DNA of 64,000 bases, taken from assembly GCF_022045235.1 (NCBI RefSeq), contig NW_027266308.1, positions 15,624,001 to 15,688,000 of the forward strand, given 5' to 3'. The notes beneath the pieces are model-generated. The model was given only the letters and a program-made list of their open reading frames with translations, made no database searches and was not told the DNA's origin. Made by a program: the position numbers and the translations under genes. Source of the stretch: Haliotis cracherodii. Lineage: Eukaryota. Shown here piece by piece: positions 62,014 to 64,000 of this stretch; the stretch's first letter is position 1, and each line of letters opens with the position of its first letter.

Positions 62014-62858
62014 ATGAAGGGTCGCAATATGAAGGCTGATTCGCAGAAATACATATCCTGTGCCATCATGGGAGACGGGATGGTCGGAAAGACCAGCATC
62101 TCCGAAAGCTATGCCCAGAAATCCTTCAAGGAGAACTATGAAGCCACAGTGTTTGATAACTATGTCGTTCCACTGAATGTAGCTGAGGAGGAGTTTGTTA
62201 TCAGCATGTTTGACACAGCAGGAGAGGTGAGCAAAATATTTGAACGATGATCTATCGATTGGTATCTGATGTATTTTATGTATGACAATTCTTTCTTTGA
62301 AGAAACAAGATTGTGTTCGCTATTGATTCAAACTCGTTATGGAAAATGTATACTTGCTGCAGTGCTAGGCTACGACAGCATGGCTAAGATATTCTCAAAT
62401 GAAAAATAACAAAAATATTGTCAGTCGTAATGCTACAAGAGTCATACATTTACCTTTCCTTTTCTTATTTCCAGAAAAACTTTGAGAATCTCCGTTCCTT
62501 CACATACCGTGAGAGTGAAGTCCTGCTTCTGTGTTTCTCCACCTGTGACCGGGAAACGTTGGCCAGCATCAATGACGTGTGGATGCCTGAACTGAAGAGA
62601 CACTCCAAACACACCAAACAGAAGAGACCGGTCATCCTCGTGGGCACCCAAATTGATCTCCGTTTCGGGAATGAAGACAGCGAGGTCTCCACGGACGAGG
62701 GTGTCCAGTTGGCCAAGGACATTGGTGCTGACTGCTATGTGGAGTGCTCTGCTCGCGACCACAAGGGTTTGAAGGAGGTCTTTCAGCATGTCGTCTTCTC
62801 CGCTCTCAAGTTCAGGAAAAAGAACACAAACATTATCAAGCAGATCTTCAGATTGTAA
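62014..62858 (+). CDS. Atypical Rho-family GTPase paralogue F, 198 aa, 2 exons
   Basis: Exon1 62014-62226 (GAG|GTGAGC), intron 62227-62474 (248 nt), exon2 62475-62858. G3 DTAGE, G4 TQID; ends KQIFRL*. AATAAA 63456-63461. Confidence 0.93.
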
Positions 62859-63024
62859 CCGACACATCAGGGACATAACCATGTGGTGCCTTCTGGTCAT
62901 GCTCAGGGACATGACACCCAATGGACATGTGATAAATTGACTTCGCACAAGATTAACATAGCTGTGATACATAAACAGTTAGCCTGATCTGTGACAAGAA
63001 AGTATCTCGGCCTTTGACGACAAG

Positions 63025-63150
63025 TATTGATCTCTGTATGTGATATGAACTTATGATCTCGGTATGTGATAGGAACGGATGATCTCCGTGTGTGATATGA
63101 ACTTATGATCTCGGTCTGTGATATGAACTGAGAAACTCGGTGTCTATATG
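63025..63150. repeat. Short degenerate tandem repeat in the 3' UTR of F
   Basis: Variants of gtgatatgaacttatgatctcggtat. Confidence 0.7.
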
Positions 63151-64000
63151 ATCTCTACACTTGTGGCAGTGCTATGATGCCACCAGTTGAATATATTCTT
63201 CATTGTATCAAATGCCTTATGAGAATCTATATGATAATTTGTATGATAATTTATAATCGAGTGTCGTTTGTCTTTGATACGTGTTTGACTCAGCAGTGTC
63301 CTCTCGATGTCGGTATGGTCGCATTTGCTTTAGTACCATTGTCGCGCCCACAACATAACCCCTGTTGAGGTAAAAACTGAAGGTCCATCATGTTTGTTAT
63401 ATAGTATACAATTGTTACACCTTTAACACAGCTGCTGGACAGCGAGTTTCATTTAAATAAACATTGATATGAACCTTCGATTTAGTCTTTATTCAAGTTG
63501 GGAACCGACCATTTGATGTTCTGGGGGCGGGGGTGGGGTCGGGGTGGAATATCAAATGATCGGTACCTCAAAAGAATGAGTGTGTAAGTTGAGTTTAACG
63601 CCACTTTGAACACCACTCCAGTTACACGATGGCCTGTCAGAATAACATGGAATGCCTAGCATAGTGCTGAGTTTTGGAGTATGCCCCTGGCAACGAGGGT
63701 TGCTTCTCTGTACAGCGAGTTGGGCGACATTGACAAAGATATCGCAGTTGGTACTACTACCCTGATATCATAACCCCTCCAACGTACCAGTCTTGGAACA
63801 CCAACCAGCTGCCCATGTTGATAGCATGGTCAATGCTCTGAGCCAATCACCCAAGACCCAAAGCCTGGCCATTCGATACACATTTTAGTCGACTTTTAGG
63901 GTTTGAGGATTGTAACAGTTGACCTTTTGTGAAAATTAACTAATAAATATTTTCAAATATTCATAGCATATAGGAACACTTTGTTTCCTGTTGGGATATT

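Overview
Repeat-rich, AT-rich eukaryotic (animal) DNA. It is probably molluscan: the SINE families resemble ones I recall from abalone (Haliotis), which is an inference only. The only intact host genes form a cluster of six two-exon paralogues encoding small (198-208 aa) atypical Rho-family GTPases most similar to the Cdc42/RhoJ/RhoQ branch. Copies A and B are on the minus strand (9.2-14.2 kb). Copies C, D, E and F are on the plus strand (28.4-62.9 kb), together with one pseudogene and one orphan promoter. All six keep the switch-I effector motif (YEATVFDNY). All six lack the catalytic Q61 (G3 = DNSAE, DTAGK or DTAGE), lack a CAAX box and have a shortened Rho insert. C and D also carry G12E, and C carries G15E. 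The exons show patchwork near-identity between copies whose introns and flanks do not align, which suggests gene conversion. Every copy has an ATTGG-N11-TATA core promoter. The rest of the window is transposon debris (Tc1 DD34E, hAT-type MITE, MULE, mariner, Crypton-like, several LINEs, four SINE families, a foldback element), tandem repeats and a 167-N assembly gap.
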